A stretch of DNA of 63,648 nucleotides, filler included, from Nemertoderma westbladi (Eukaryota; Animalia; Xenacoelomorpha), in assembly GCA_032718475.1 (NCBI GenBank). It is 4 parts of 4 records of this genome, joined end to end, with 100 filler letters (N's around TTAATTAATTAA, not from the genome) between each part and the next. Parts side by side here need not be neighbours in the genome. Positions count along the whole stretch, not along the records: positions 13,506 to 33,668 come from JAUCBJ010003624.1; 3 more parts are not named here. One strand, written 5' to 3'. Within the stretch, counting starts at the first letter, position 1; the number at the start of each line of letters is the position of its first letter. The notes under the pieces were generated by a model. The model made no database searches. It was not told where the DNA came from and saw only the letters and a program-made list of their open reading frames with translations. A program made the position numbers and the translations under genes. Shown here in pieces: positions 15,081 through 28,450 of the stretch.

Positions 15081-16384
15081 GCCAAAGCTTTCTTCTCTTC
15101 AGAAGCCAATTCTATGTCAAACTTCTTTAGATTAGCCACAGAGTTGACTGGGAGAGATATACCATTCCACACTGGCTCCAACTCATTACGACCTCCACCA
15201 CTAGCACGGATTTCGGATTCTAAAACTTTAATATTCTCGTGGATTTCGTAAAGTTTCAAGCGACAACCCTGATTTAATAAATAATAATAGTAGGTACCGG
15301 TATAATAATTTATTGTTTATATATTATATATGATTCGTAATAATATGTCAATTGAAATTATTTCTTAACATAATATATTTTAATGGACAGATTATGATTT
15401 GGAACTAAATCAAGCTTTTTCAATTTTATATATATTTATTTATTTTAAGGACTTACCCAAAATTGTGAAATTAATTACATAAGTAAGGAAAGCAGTATTA
15501 ATACTCACACTACAACAACTTGCACTGTGGCTTCGCTTCTTAGAAGTAGAAGATGCGACATTGTGTAACACATTGACGTTAGGTGTACTTATATACAATC
15601 ATTGGGCGGTTATCGGAGCGATGGGTTGGTGTATCACTATACACCGGCATTGGCATTGTATTAGCGTCCTCATCCTCATCGCTGCATATGACAGTTCTGA
15701 CTTGTGTGGCTCTAAACATAAATAATGTAATTAAATAACAGTAACACCTTATATACATTTGGACCACTAACTGGCATGAGCTGAAACATATCACATTTCA
15801 AATTCAAAGTAATTGTAAGTTAGTTTCCAGTTTTAAATTTTAATGTACCGGTATACCTACTGCAAGGGTTTTTTTAGTTGCTTCACTTCTCTTAAATTAA
15901 ATATAAATATTTTACAAATGCATAACAATTACATGGGATAAATATAAGTTACAGGTAGCAGTACCTTTTCTGTTTCTGGGAAGGACGATTTTCCAAATCG
16001 TCGTCGTCCTCATCATCATCTGATGAATCGAATTATCTAACTCGAACAAATTTCTCCCCATGAAAACGTGTACGCCCCCTATCTTTATCGCATTCAGATT
16101 GGATATCTGAATCCTTCTCAGCTCTAATCTCTAATTCCCGAGCTCTCTTTAAGTCATTTGTGTCAGAATGCTGTACAACTCTGCATTTCCAAATGCCCCA
16201 CCTAATATGAGAGTTTCTAGGTGATAGGCGATCTTTTAGAGCTTTGGTAACTTCACTGGTTGAATCAGGGGAAGCCACAGTTTTATGACCTGGCTGCAGC
16301 CACGCAGTGCAAACAACCCCAGTATATTCGACATTAACATGACGATCCGGATCAGTTGTGAATATAATCATACAATATGCATGG
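15081..16384 (-). pseudogene. Spliced accessory gene of CMC element (DUF4806-like), disrupted
   Basis: Exon-like blocks ~16384-15965, ~15713-15510, ~15268-15081 with GT/AG ends; motifs VCTAWL..WKCRVV..AEKDSD and LPVNSVANLKKFD; internal stop at 16033. Confidence 0.5.
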
Positions 16385-16460
16385 TAATTGTGATACCATA
16401 ATAATATATATATTGTTGATTTGTAAATATATCTAGGGTCTATAGTCTATCTATATACTG

Positions 16461-17898
16461 TTATAATCGATCATGCAAAACTAATACAATTATAAGTGGC
16501 GCAGTCCTACTATCACTGGCGGGAAAACTAAAACATTTTGAAAGGTTTGCTATTGGAAGCTTTTCAGGAAAATGGACTAACGGTTTTTGTGGCAATAAAT
16601 AACAACCTACGTTTCTGGAATAAATAGGTTTGTCAAATAAAGAAACCGCTTTTCCTAAACGATGGACAGTTACTTCTGTGCAAGGATGGCACATATCAAC
16701 TAATCGAAATATTACCCCATCCTTGTCGACAAAAATGCTGTCCCTGGGTCTCACTTTAGCTTTTGGCAATTTACCAATAACTTTATGCTGTACCTGTGCT
16801 TTCTCTGCCATCCTATTTTCCAGCTGTAGCAAAGGCAATATAGGAGAGCGCAAAAGCTTCTTAATCCCCTGCAAGTTATTTTCGAAACAAAATGCATCAT
16901 AAATCGCACTAGAGCCATGTTATCGAACATCTTGCACTAAATGAAGCAACATGTGAACATTGTAAGACAGAAACCTTTGCCCAAACAATTCTTTAAATTC
17001 GGCAACAAACCATAGGAGCAGTGAATCACAAAAGTCTAACATAGATGGCCTTTCACAATATCTACCCTCCAATATTCTCATTGCAATGCAAAGAGCCAGT
17101 AGAAGTTTACATTCCCTCGATTTATTAAAGTAAAATACTACTGGAATAATATACAATAAAAAGAAATGCAACTCAGTGGCTTTCCATCGCTCAAGCTCAT
17201 CTAGGGACCGTGGTCTGCGGACAAAATCTGTAGGAACAAATGGTCTACTTTTAACCAATATCTCTGAGAGTTTATTACGGTTGGCAGAAGTTAATGCTGT
17301 TGGCGATTTATATTTTGAACGGCAAAGAAATTTCAAAATTTTTCTAACAACACCTATGAAATCATCAACCATGTTAATGTTTGGTACCAAGGCAAGGGGG
17401 CTATTAGCGATATGATGTTCAGCGTCAGTCTTATTGCGAAATTCGGACAATGTTCCAGGAGAGTGCAATTGGGAGGAAAAAGTAACTCTATGAGCTATAT
17501 ACAACTGTTCCAAGTATAAGCAATTCTGCAACGAATTCTTTAAGGAAACCGTCAAGACAAGGCTTTCCAATGCCATGGTACACACCAGCAGTAAATATTG
17601 TCTCATCACAACAAACCAATAAACACCAAAATGAGCGACCTGAAGATTTGTACAATGGTAAACCATCTACATTAACTGCCATTACTGAATCTGGATTACA
17701 ATTATTCTTCAATTCTCCTAATCCAAAATAGAGAAACTCACCATTGCCCAAAGTTATTATTCTAGATGAACTTTCTAGATGAACTTTCAGGTTGGTTAGG
17801 CCAACACCTGTACACTGCAGTGCTGCCTGGCCGTGTGTAAGCCTAAGATAATATGAATAAAATTGGCGGTCAATTTTTGCGGTATATTCAAATAGCAC
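16461..17898 (-). pseudogene. CMC (EnSpm/Mirage-like) transposase, frameshifted
   Basis: VNVDGLPLYKSS..FW, PTDFVRRPRSLDELERWKATE, SYNVHMLLHL, AFCFENNLQGIKK motifs across three frames. Confidence 0.85.
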
Positions 17899-18279
17899 TA
17901 AGCAGCTAAGATATTATTTTGTAATATTAGGCCCAATTGAGCTTATTTAACAAACAAACAGATAAATAATCGTATATTTGCTTGATTTATGATAGATTAA
18001 TCTGTAAACTGCATCTTCAAGGACATTGGATAATGGGAGTCAAAATTTCGTCGTTTTCTATTATTAATTTGGCTGATTTTATGTATAAAACAGCACCATC
18101 CTTCCACTTTTCATTTTTGAGTTACAGCTACTGTATTTAAATATTCCACTAACTAAATAAAATTATTAGTTAATATAATAACTATATTTAACGATCTAAA
18201 TATATTATTAATCTGTAAACGCGTAAAAAACGTTTAATAATTATATTCTTAAACTGTTGTACTTTATTATCTCATCAGC

Positions 18280-18452
18280 AACAATTTTCTGTAAATCTGT
18301 ACATGATTCGCATGATTTTTTCGCCTAATTTTCACAACGCGAAAATCTGCCGCGATTCTGCTGTGATTTTTGTAGTAGTTTCGCCATCGCGGGCTTGTCG
18401 CTTAGTTAAGTACGCGAATCGCTGGAGATTAGCGGAAGTGTGGTTGACTGGG
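18280..18452 (-). mobile_element. Probable 5' terminus of the CMC element
   Basis: Minus strand begins CCCAGTCAACC at 18452, followed by short subterminal repeats; partner end not found. Confidence 0.5.
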
Positions 18453-18489
18453 ATGCTAGAATAATTTGATAATAAAACTATTAAAATAT

Positions 18490-20470
18490 TTATTCTGGAT
18501 TAAAAGGTTTAAGGAGTGCTAGAGCCGCTTTTGGAATTGACTTTCGTTTGACATTTCGGTTAATTTTCCTTAGAGCCGATATCACTGGATCAGATGAACA
18601 TAAGAGTCTATTTAGTAAGTCGTTGTTTGTGTTTATTCTTGAAGATTTACGAGAAAAATTCTCACGAAATCGTTTCATATCTTTGTTTCTCGCTTCCTGG
18701 GCCTCCTCACTGTACATGCCAATAGGCAGCGACAGCACTTCTATTGCCAAATGTCCATGGAGAAGGACCTTATGAAGCGATTGCGGCATGTAATACCATG
18801 GGAACAAGTTTACATATTCCCTAGCTGTTTCATAAGCATAATTCCTGAATGCTGAGGGATCCACATCAAATCCTGAAGACAAAGTTATCAGAATAATATG
18901 AAGTCTCTCAATGAATGATGCATCTATCCCTAATATTTCAGAAGATATTGTTGCGTTCTGGAATACTCTACGTGAAGTATTACCGTCATTCGTATTTCCA
19001 GAACCTCCTGATTTTGGACAATCAACAATGAGACCGAGTCTATTACGAAATTCTTGTTGAACTCGAATCTTCTCCTTTTTAATAATCTCCTTTAATGCTT
19101 TATTTTTAGTGGACCATTTCTTGATCGTAATCTTATAAGAAATATGAGCCATGGACAGCCCATGGTGGTACATGGATGTATCTAATGTTAGTGAACGTTC
19201 TTGTAATTTAGCAATATCATTCATCTGGGATGGTGTTGCTCCACAGAGAGTACAACTTTGCGAAGATTCAGTCATATCTGATAAGGCCGTATGTATTTTT
19301 CCATCAATCATTGTAACTTCAACAATATGTTTTATTCCCAAAACGTTTCCATTAATATTAACTTGTGTATTGTTAAGGTTCAGAATTTCGTTCTTCAACC
19401 GCTCATCTTCTGCAATAATGACTTTTGAAGTTTCCTTGATGAACTGGAATCGAACAGGCGACAATACACTGTTGATGACGGATGATTGTTGTGCCAAACA
19501 ATAACCCTGTCACATGACTCATAATAGCCTCTCAGTTCGAGTAGTACTAAACAAGTAACAAATAAACTTGAGTCATCTATGTCATCTTTACTACTTGGCA
19601 GTTGCTTGTAGCTGATATGGCCACTGCATCCATCAAACCCTACTTTTGAACTCAGAATTAAACGCAATAATGGAGATTTAGTTAACACTTCGTTACTTAT
19701 ATCACATATTCGTTTTACAGTATGATCAAGAAAGTTTTGGATGGGAATTGATACCTTGTAGTCTTCAACTTGGCGACCTTCCGGATAGCACAGTTCCTTG
19801 GCTTTTCGGACGTGGTTGTAAGCCGGATATAAGTTAACTGATTTTGACATGGATTGATTACGCAGTAATTGATATGTTGATTTATTAAGTTTCCATCCAT
19901 AATTAAGGCAAGAGCTTCATTGGGCGATAATATTGACGATGTTTGATCACCAGAATTAGAAGCTTCTGTTTCTGGGATGGATTTAATAATCGATGATGCT
20001 CGTTTCTTTCCTTCATTTCGATAACTGGATGCCGTGGCTGCAACTAATGCAGAAGTTTCATAGTTCGATTTAATTTCTTGCACACGACGACACTTTGTGC
20101 GTCCAGAAGCTTCATCGAACTCTAAACTTCGTTTGGCTGTAAAGTTGGAAGTTCTAATTATTTTGGAAGTTGATGGGATTTCTTGTGGTGTAGTTGGCGG
20201 AGGAATACACTCACTTTCACTGATAATACACCCGTCCAACCATTTTGTGTTCGACTTCTCAAAGAGAATGGAGTACCTCTTACATGCCTTCCATTTCCTT
20301 TTGTAAAGAGGCAAGAAAGACTTTAATAGTCGTGATTTAATAATTTCTTCAGGAGTTGTTACAGGTAATCTCCCTTTCATGAAGTTTAAGAGAAGATCAT
20401 GAGATTCAGCCTCATCCAGTTTATGTTTCAGGTTTGCCTGTATAAAGTCGTAGATTTCCCTCCGTAACAT
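18490..20470 (-). pseudogene. Transib (RAG1-core-like) DDE transposase with two frameshifts
   Basis: KVGFDGCSG (D1), TMIDGK (D2), CTLCGATP, GSGNTNDGNTSRR, WYYMPQSLHKVLLHG, YSEEAQEARNK (E); shifts near 19890 and 19460. Confidence 0.93.
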
Positions 20471-21095
20471 TATAGCATTTTTACAATCATTATAATCCTA
20501 AGTACAAGTAGACCTATATTAAAACTTCAACACCAAACGGTCAGACACCTGTAGACAACAACATATGGATGATAATTTTGAAATTGTCATATATGCCTAT
20601 TATTTACACGGTTACTTTAAAGCAAAATGTACTCATCTGTCAGTCTGTAGTGCATTGCAGAATTCAAATTTACAATATTGAAAAATCGTTGTTTGAAAAA
20701 TGTTTGAATTTCCCCCCTATTGGCAGGTTTTGGCAGCTGTTCTTCTGCGATTGGACAGTTGTATGATTTAGCAACATGAAACAGCATAAATGAATGTGTA
20801 GTCTTTTATAGCTTATTTTTTTTTAATTCTTAAAGATCCCAATGTAGTATATTTTTTAATAATTTGATGTTCTTAAGTACCACATTATAACTGAAAGTAT
20901 GTATCACAAAACTAAAGTTATATTTAGAGTCACGTCGATGAATATTTAAAAAAAAAGTTTGTTCGATTTGAGCCAAGATTACTGATTTAAGAAAAAAATA
21001 TGTATTTTTATTCTTTTAAAAAAAAAAATTTTTTTTCGGGGTTGTACGATATCAGGAACAATATGTAATTAATGAAAAAAAAATTATAATACTTT

Positions 21096-21131
21096 ATTTT
21101 TTGTTGTTTTGGCCACTTTTGGCCCACTGTG
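21096..21131 (-). mobile_element. Transib 5' terminal inverted repeat
   Basis: Minus strand CACAGTGGGCCAAAAGTGGCCAAAACAACAAAAAAT, ~660 bp upstream of the transposase ATG. Confidence 0.75.
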
Positions 21132-21309
21132 TGCAGGTGAGAATCATATGAATAACTGTGAAACTATAATGATAAGGAAGCTCACCACCCGGTCTCTACA
21201 GTAAATCGTCAGTTCGCATGTGTTTAATAGATAAAATTCAGAAGGAAACACAAACCCCAGTAGAAACACTGCGACGAATTTGACTTGTTCCAGAAAGATT
21301 GTAATAACT

Positions 21310-21710
21310 ACAGTAGTACCGATATTACTAATTAGCCATTTAAAAAATTGTATTTTCTGTAATTTTGATAAATTTAATGTGTAATTTATGTGCTTCTATG
21401 CACGTTTGTATAATTCGTTTATGTTGATGAGGTTTATATTCGTATAGCCTGCCACAATTCCCAACTTCCCAATTTTTAACAAAAAAAATTGCCCTATTTT
21501 TGACAGGGGTTTTACTCCGTCTCAAAATATTGGAACTTTTTCTCTAGTATACCTATACAAAATTTGGTTGAAAATGGTTAAAATCATCAAAAGTTATTTA
21601 CGAATGAATTATTTATTACGGACGGACCGGCGGACGGACAGACAGACAGACGGACATGAAATTTTCATTCGGCTAATTAACACGATACCGTAAGCAGCAG
21701 GCCAAACTAA
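21310..21710. mobile_element. DINE-1/HINE-like non-autonomous Helentron-type element
   Basis: Internal (GGAC/AGAC)n tract at ~21618-21656; short subterminal inverted repeat AATTAGCC (~21331) and GGCTAATT (21671). Confidence 0.45.
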
Positions 21711-22219
21711 GAATTGGAAACATTTTGTAAAATAATTTATTAAAACTATTATGTACATTTAGATTAAATAATAATACAGCAAATAAGTAAGCTTACACAA
21801 ATAATCACTTTTGTAAAACAATAATTTATTTCATTCATCAGTTAATAAACTGATAAACACACACCTCAGGTTGTAGTAAATATTAGTATTCCTTTTAAGT
21901 TAGTAATAATATTGATGTCATTGACCGTATACCTAAACACACACGCACCTCCACCTTCATGGAGTATGAGTGGATGGATAGGGAATGAATGAACTGCTAC
22001 CAACAGTCTGCCTATCAAGGCTGATTAAAGGCTGCTTGGGAAGGCCTAAAGATGATATTGTAGCTCTAGCCAATCAGGGAGCTAAATGCCAGTTTTTTTT
22101 CTTTTTTTCTTCATGCCCAACAAAAATCTGCAGAAAAATTGAGACAGGAAAAAAGAAGCTAAGAGCTTCTTAAATAGGTATCATTATCCGTGCGGCTCTC
22201 ATCTTTCACCTCCTGTATC

Positions 22220-25200
22220 CACTGTGCCCCCTGTATCCAATGAAAACGTCTGTATTTTATACTCTATCGAAATATTCCCCTTTCAGAAAGTAAACAATAA
22301 CGATTCTGATATTTTCCAATTACCAAGTAGTGAATGTACTAGCCAAAATATTTCAGACATCTTACATCAAACGTTCAATCAAATTGACCCTGATAATAAC
22401 TTAATTGACCTTAATATTAATAATGGAACTATTACAGAATTACAATTTAGTAAAAAATTTTCCAAATCGAAGCCTTCTGACTCATTTTCTATATTTAAAT
22501 TTAATTCCGTAGCCTAGCAAAAAATACATCGGATCTAACTGATTTTCTTACTATTTTAAATTTTAATTTTGACGTAATTTCATTAACTGAAACATTTGTA
22601 TCTGATAACGACTTCACCATAACATACCTGGTTATCATGCCCCCGTTTATGACAATAGAAAAACCGGCAAACTCCATCGCGGAGGAACAGTTATTTTTGT
22701 TAACAATAAATTAGAAATTACACAAAGAGATGATTTACATATCGATGGCTTCGAAAACTCATGGCTTCAAATAGCTCGGCCTAGTAAAAAATCTCTAATC
22801 ATAGGAACCTTATATCGGCCTGATACAATAAAAAAGGATGAGTTTTTTGAATTATTAGATTGTCAACTCACTAAATTAAATACCCTAAAATCTGATGTTA
22901 TTATTACAAGTGATATGAACATAAACTTACTACAGGAAGCTACCGATTACTTTGATTTTCTCAACTCTAATAAGTTTTGTGCAACTAATTAGGGACCCTA
23001 CCCATATTATTCCCACGCATCAGTCTTTACTTGACCATACTATAACTAATATATCTACTTCTTTTACTAATTCTGGTGTTTTTAATTCTAAAATTGGCAG
23101 TTCTGATCATCAAGCTACTTATACTATATTTGAAAAATACCACTGCCATTTTAACCAAGTGACAAATAAGCAAGTTTATGATTTCTCAAATTTTAATCCG
23201 GAATCCTTTAAACAAGATATTTTGTCTGATAACAAGTGGACTTACAAGTCCTCAAGTATTCCGAATAAAATTAAATTTGACACATTTTATGATGACCTAT
23301 CTAAAATTTGTAGCGCCCATGTTCCCAAAAAAAAACCCTCACTGCTCGGGAAATTCCAAAAAAACCATGGCTTACTTCTAAATTAATAAAATTAATTCAT
23401 ATCAAAAATAATCTGTACCGTCGATACATTAAAAAAACAACTGATACGTGAAAATTTTAAGCGTTTTAGAAATAAATTAGTCACCCTACTAAGATCAGCG
23501 AAAAAAGATTATTACACAACACAATTTGAAAAAAATTCAGGAAACATGCGGAAAACGTGGTTTATAATAAAAAGTGCCCTAAAGCGGTCCAAAAATAGCT
23601 GTATTCCAAAAAAACTGACTATCTGCTCTGGATCTTCTTCTAAAACTACGTGTGACCCTACTGAAATTGCTGATGCTTTGAATATCCATTTTTCTACAAT
23701 AGGTCCCAATTTAGCCAACAAAATTCCGAAATCAAATCGCTCATATCTCCGTTATATTAATCATTCTAAGTCGAATTCCTTTGTTTTAACTAACACGTCA
23801 CCTATTGAGGTTGAATACCGTCTCCTTACTCCTAGATCCAAATTCCGCATCAAATGTCACAATTCCTACTAAGCTATTAATTGCTGCAGCTAAACCCTAT
23901 CTTTTCATTTAAGTAATCTAATTAATCTGTCTTTCTCTACTGGATTTTTTCCGGATACTCTTAAAATCGCTAAAGTAATTCCGCTACATAAAGGCAGTGA
24001 CCCAACCTTCCCTACTAACTACAGACCCATTGCGCTCCTCCCGGTATTATCTAAAATCTATGAAACTATTATTAACTCACAATTACTAGCTTACTTATCG
24101 AAATACAAAATAATATCTCAATCTCAATACGGTTTCAGGACTACACGCACAACTTACCATGCTCTAATTTCAGTTCTAGAATTCATTCACAAGGCTCTTG
24201 AAGAAAAACAATCATCATGTGCAGTTTACATAGACTTATCCAAAGCATTCGATACGTTAGATCACAAAATTTTACGAGTGAAGCTCGAAGCATACGGAGT
24301 TAGGGGCATACCACTGCAATTATTCACACGTTTTCTTTCCTCTAGACAACAATTTGTCAAATTAGGTAACCTTTTTTCATCACTAGCACCACTCCTTTGC
24401 AGTGTCCCGCAAGGGGGTGTGCTTTCTCCCACCTTGTTTCTCCTTTACATCAATGACCTTCCAGAGGCCTCTAAACTCTTTCCCACCCTTTTTGCCGACG
24501 ATACCACTCTCCTATATTCTCATATAAATCCAATAACCCTAATATCAGATCTAAACCTAGAACTAACTAAAATATCTGACTGGCTCACTGATAACGCTCT
24601 TTCTCTAAATTTATCTAAAACCGACGCCATTTCTTTTCAAACTATCACTCTACTTGCAACCTACAAAGAGTGGAAATTAACAATACAGAAATTCAGTATG
24701 CGCAAAGTAGTAAAATATTAGGAACATGGATCGACAAACAACTAAACTTCAAACCTCATATATTCAGCACATTTAAAAAAAATATCAAAAAGCGCAGGTA
24801 TATTTTACAAACTTAGATATATTTTCCCACTACATATTCCACGCCAGTTCTGTTTCTCTCTTATACATCTTTATCTACCATTTGGCATTACACTTTGGGG
24901 AGGGACATATACTTCTACTTTAAATCCTATTAGAATTAAAATTAATAAAACTATACGTTGTATTACTCAAAGTCACTACCACTCATTTACCAATTTACAA
25001 AAAGTTACATATCCTTCCATTAGATCAACTTTATCGTCACAATATAGGTCTGTTCATATACGAATTACATTATAAATTTATTGATTTGCCTCCGTCTACT
25101 CTAAACCTATTTAATTTAACGTCTTCTATCCATAACTATAATACTCGAGATCTGTAGCTGCTAGTAATTATTACACCCCTCTTGTAAGATTAGATTCAAG

Positions 25201-25705
25201 TCAACAAACGATGAGTTTTCGAGGCCCTCTTCTCTTGTATGGAATTCTCTCCCGCTTGAAATCAAAAAGAAAAAATCAAAACAATTTTTTTCCAAGCATC
25301 TCAAAAGGCACCTACTGGAATCCATATAAACAATATATTAGTTCCATTTTATTTTATTTAATACGTTATTTCACGTCTCTGCACCCTTCAACATATATAC
25401 AACATACAACATATATACATATATATCTTCAACATACATACAACAATATATAAGTTTTCATTGGATCACTGGCCCGACTTATACAGAAAATAAATCTAAA
25501 ATAATTTAAGTAAAAAAAAAAATAAATATATTATTGGTGTAACTGTTGTAGCCCCCCCTCCCGTTCCCACTCCCCCCCCCCCCCCCCCCCCCACCCCCTC
25601 CAGGGCACCAACAAAGTACTAGCTATTGCAGCTATCCGTTGGTGTCCTTCCTTTCCTTTTTATTCCTTCCTCTAGAATTATTCTTATAAATAACAATAAA
25701 TTGCT
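22220..25705 (+). mobile_element. L2/Crack-type LINE ORF2 (APE + RT), frameshifted, with 3' UTR
   Basis: IDPDNN, SLTET, GSSDH, NYRPI, YIDLSKAFD, VPQGGVLSP, LFADDT, KYLG motifs; multiple frameshifts. Confidence 0.9.
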
Positions 25706-25776
25706 TTATTTATATTGGAATGTTGTGTTATTGTTTATTGTTGTTGTTTATTTTTATTTTTTGTTTATTTTTTACA

Positions 25777-26451
25777 GGGCCCCGAGCACGCCGGGGCCCC
25801 GAGCACGCAGGGGCCCCGGGCACGCTGGGGCACCGGGCACGCGGGGGCCCCGAGCACGCGGGGGCCCCGAGCACGCGGGGGCCCCGAGCACGCGGGGGCC
25901 CCGAGCACGCGGGGGCCCCGAGCACGCGGGGGCCCCGAGCACGCGGGGGCCCCGAGCACGCGGGGGCCCCGAGCACGCGGGGGCCCCGAGCACGCGGGGG
26001 CCCCGGGCACGCGGGGGCCCCGGGCACGCGGGGGCCCCGGGCACGCGGGGGCCCTGGGCACGCGGGGGCCCTGTGCACGCGGGGGCCCTGGGCACGCGGG
26101 GGCCCTGGGCACGCGGGGGCCCCGGGCACGCGGGGGCCCCGGGCACGCGGGGGCCCCGGGCACGCCGGGAACCCGAGCACGCCGGGAACCCGAGTACGCC
26201 GGGGCCCCGAGTACGCCGGGGCCCCAAGCACACCGGGCCACGAGCACGCCTGGGCCCCAAGCACGCCTGGGCCCCAAGCACGCCTGGGCCCCAAGCACGC
26301 CTGGGCCCCAAGCACGCCTGGGCCCCAAGCACGCCTGGGCCCCAAGCACGCCTGGGCCCCAAGCACGCCTGGGCCCCAAGCACGCCTGGGCCCCAAGCAC
26401 GCCTGGGCCCCAAGCACGCCTGGGCCCCAAGCACGCCGGGGCCCCGAGCAC
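25777..26451. repeat. GC-rich 17-bp minisatellite, ~40 copies
   Basis: GAGCACGCGGGGGCCCC units grading into AAGCACGCCTGGGCCCC units. Confidence 0.95.
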
Positions 26452-27013
26452 TGACCCTGACACTTCAATATGAGCCATGGCAACAGAGCCAGACAAAAGG
26501 GGCTGGGTGAGTTAGGTATACTCAGGGGCGCGTCCAGGAGGAGTGGGGTAGGGGGCTCGATTCCATTCCCTCGACTGCATGGGCATGGAGGGAATCGATT
26601 TGAGAAAGTTTATTTGGGTATTATATTAGTTTAATATAGCTAGAATATAGTGTGGTATATATATAATGTGGCTGAACACCTTTTGGAAAACTTCATATTT
26701 GGCAAAACGTTAAATTGTCAAAAGGTGTCATTAACTGTAGGCCTACTTGCAAAAAGATGTCAAGCCACACAATTATTATGTGGATTAAATCTTTTTTGCA
26801 ATATTATTTGTAGTTTAACACTCTTTGACTAAATCGCAAATCCGGATTGTGGCTTAACTTTCTCGTATTTTTAAGGCATTTCTTCCTATTATTGGGCAAT
26901 AAGATCTCATAATTAGGTAGATTACACTTTCCTCTATCGAATGATACAAAAAAAACTCAATTTCAAGAAAATGTGGGATAACACCCTTTGGCATAACACC
27001 GTCCACATGACTC

Positions 27014-27107
27014 CCCAGTCAACCTAGGCTGAGAACACTCCCCAGTCGTCTCAGCCTAGGCTGAGAACACTGCCCAGTCTTCTCAGCCCAGGCTGAGAAC
27101 ACTCCCC
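27014..27107 (+). repeat. 32-bp tandem repeats behind a CCCAGTCAACC terminus
   Basis: Three AGGCTGAGAACACT units with internal GGCTGAG/CTCAGCC palindromes; same 11-mer as the CMC end at 18452. Confidence 0.6.
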
Positions 27108-28194
27108 TCTAGTTGCAAAAAATTGTTTAGTTGTTTCTGACTTATGTTGTTAATTATTGTTTCTTACTCTATACATAGGATCTAAGTTCGTTTTACCATA
27201 TACATATACAAGCAGCATAATAAAGCAAAATACTTTTAGCAGTGATTTTTTATGTCCGTTCATTTGACTTTTTTGTCCGCAATTTTTTATGAATTTTGCA
27301 TAATACTTTTGTTGTCCGCAGAATGACTTTTTATGTTTGAATTTCTTCAATTAAGAGAAAGGAGCAGGTTACATAGACGGTCTTTTCTAACCAAAACAAT
27401 AAACGATAAATTTACAAATTGAAGGAAAGGGGCAGGTTACATAGACGGTCTTTTCTAACCAAAACAATAAACGATAAAATTACCAATTGGGGGAAAGGAG
27501 CAGGTAACAGGCAGGCTATTCTAATCAAATCAATAAACAGTTATAATACAAAATGAGAAAAAATAGCACGTAACAAAAACGGGCTTTTCTAACTACTCCT
27601 TGCTCCTTTTTTCTTCTTCCATGGGACCAATTTTGTTTATTTAGAGGCCCTATTTTTTTATTTAGGGAGGGGGGGGGGGGCAGACCCTAACGCCGACACT
27701 GTCTAAGCGAATGGCTCATGATGCCATTGCCATACAAGTGAATAAAGATATATAACCTTTAGTGATTAAATCGCTCTCCTTAATGAATAAATGTCCAGTA
27801 TAATCGACGGCAGTTACTTGAAACGGATTTGCAATTCTTACTGTATAAGTATACGGGAGTGAATAGTTATTGGCAGTAGAAAACCGTATGGGTCGAAAAC
27901 TTTCACCAACAAACTAACAATCACTCTCTTTGTTATAACATCAGGTGAAATAATTTAATTGGAGACAAACCCAAGTTTATCTTCAGTAATGTGCCACAAC
28001 ATACCAAGTAACTTAGCTGTACTTTGATACGTTTTAGGTCCATCGTTATTTGTAGCGTTCAATCAGTGCACCGGTACAGGTATTCCAGTGTTTGGCACCA
28101 CCGGCACCAGCACCTGCACTGGCAGAAACATTGCCAGTGTCAGTGTTTTTACATACGTGGTACATATGTACTAACGTATGGTACGACGTACCAA

Positions 28195-28450
28195 CGTACA
28201 TAATTTACGCACTAATTCCGGGTCAATGGGACCATACGTACACACTAAAGCCGGGTCAATGGGACCATACATAATTTACGCACTAATGCCGGGTCAATGG
28301 GACCATACGTAAGCACTAACGCCAGGTCAATGGGACCATACATACGCACTAACGTCGGGTCAATGGGACCATACATACGCACTAATGCCGGGTCAACGGG
28401 ACCAAACGCCGGTTCAATGGGACCATATGCCGGGTCAACGGGACCATATA
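28195..28450. repeat. Degenerate ~33-39-bp minisatellite with CCGGGTCAATGGGACCAT core
   Basis: About 8 core copies with related, shortening linkers. Confidence 0.9.

Noticed and set aside
15081-17898. RAG2-like partner next to the RAG1-like gene (ProtoRAG)
   Set aside because: Neighbouring ORFs carry CMC transposase motifs on the same strand; no kelch or PHD pattern seen.
25626-26510. Six overlapping Gly/Pro/Arg-rich ORFs (collagen-like look)
   Set aside because: A stop-free 17-bp GC repeat opens all frames; no Gly-X-Y periodicity.
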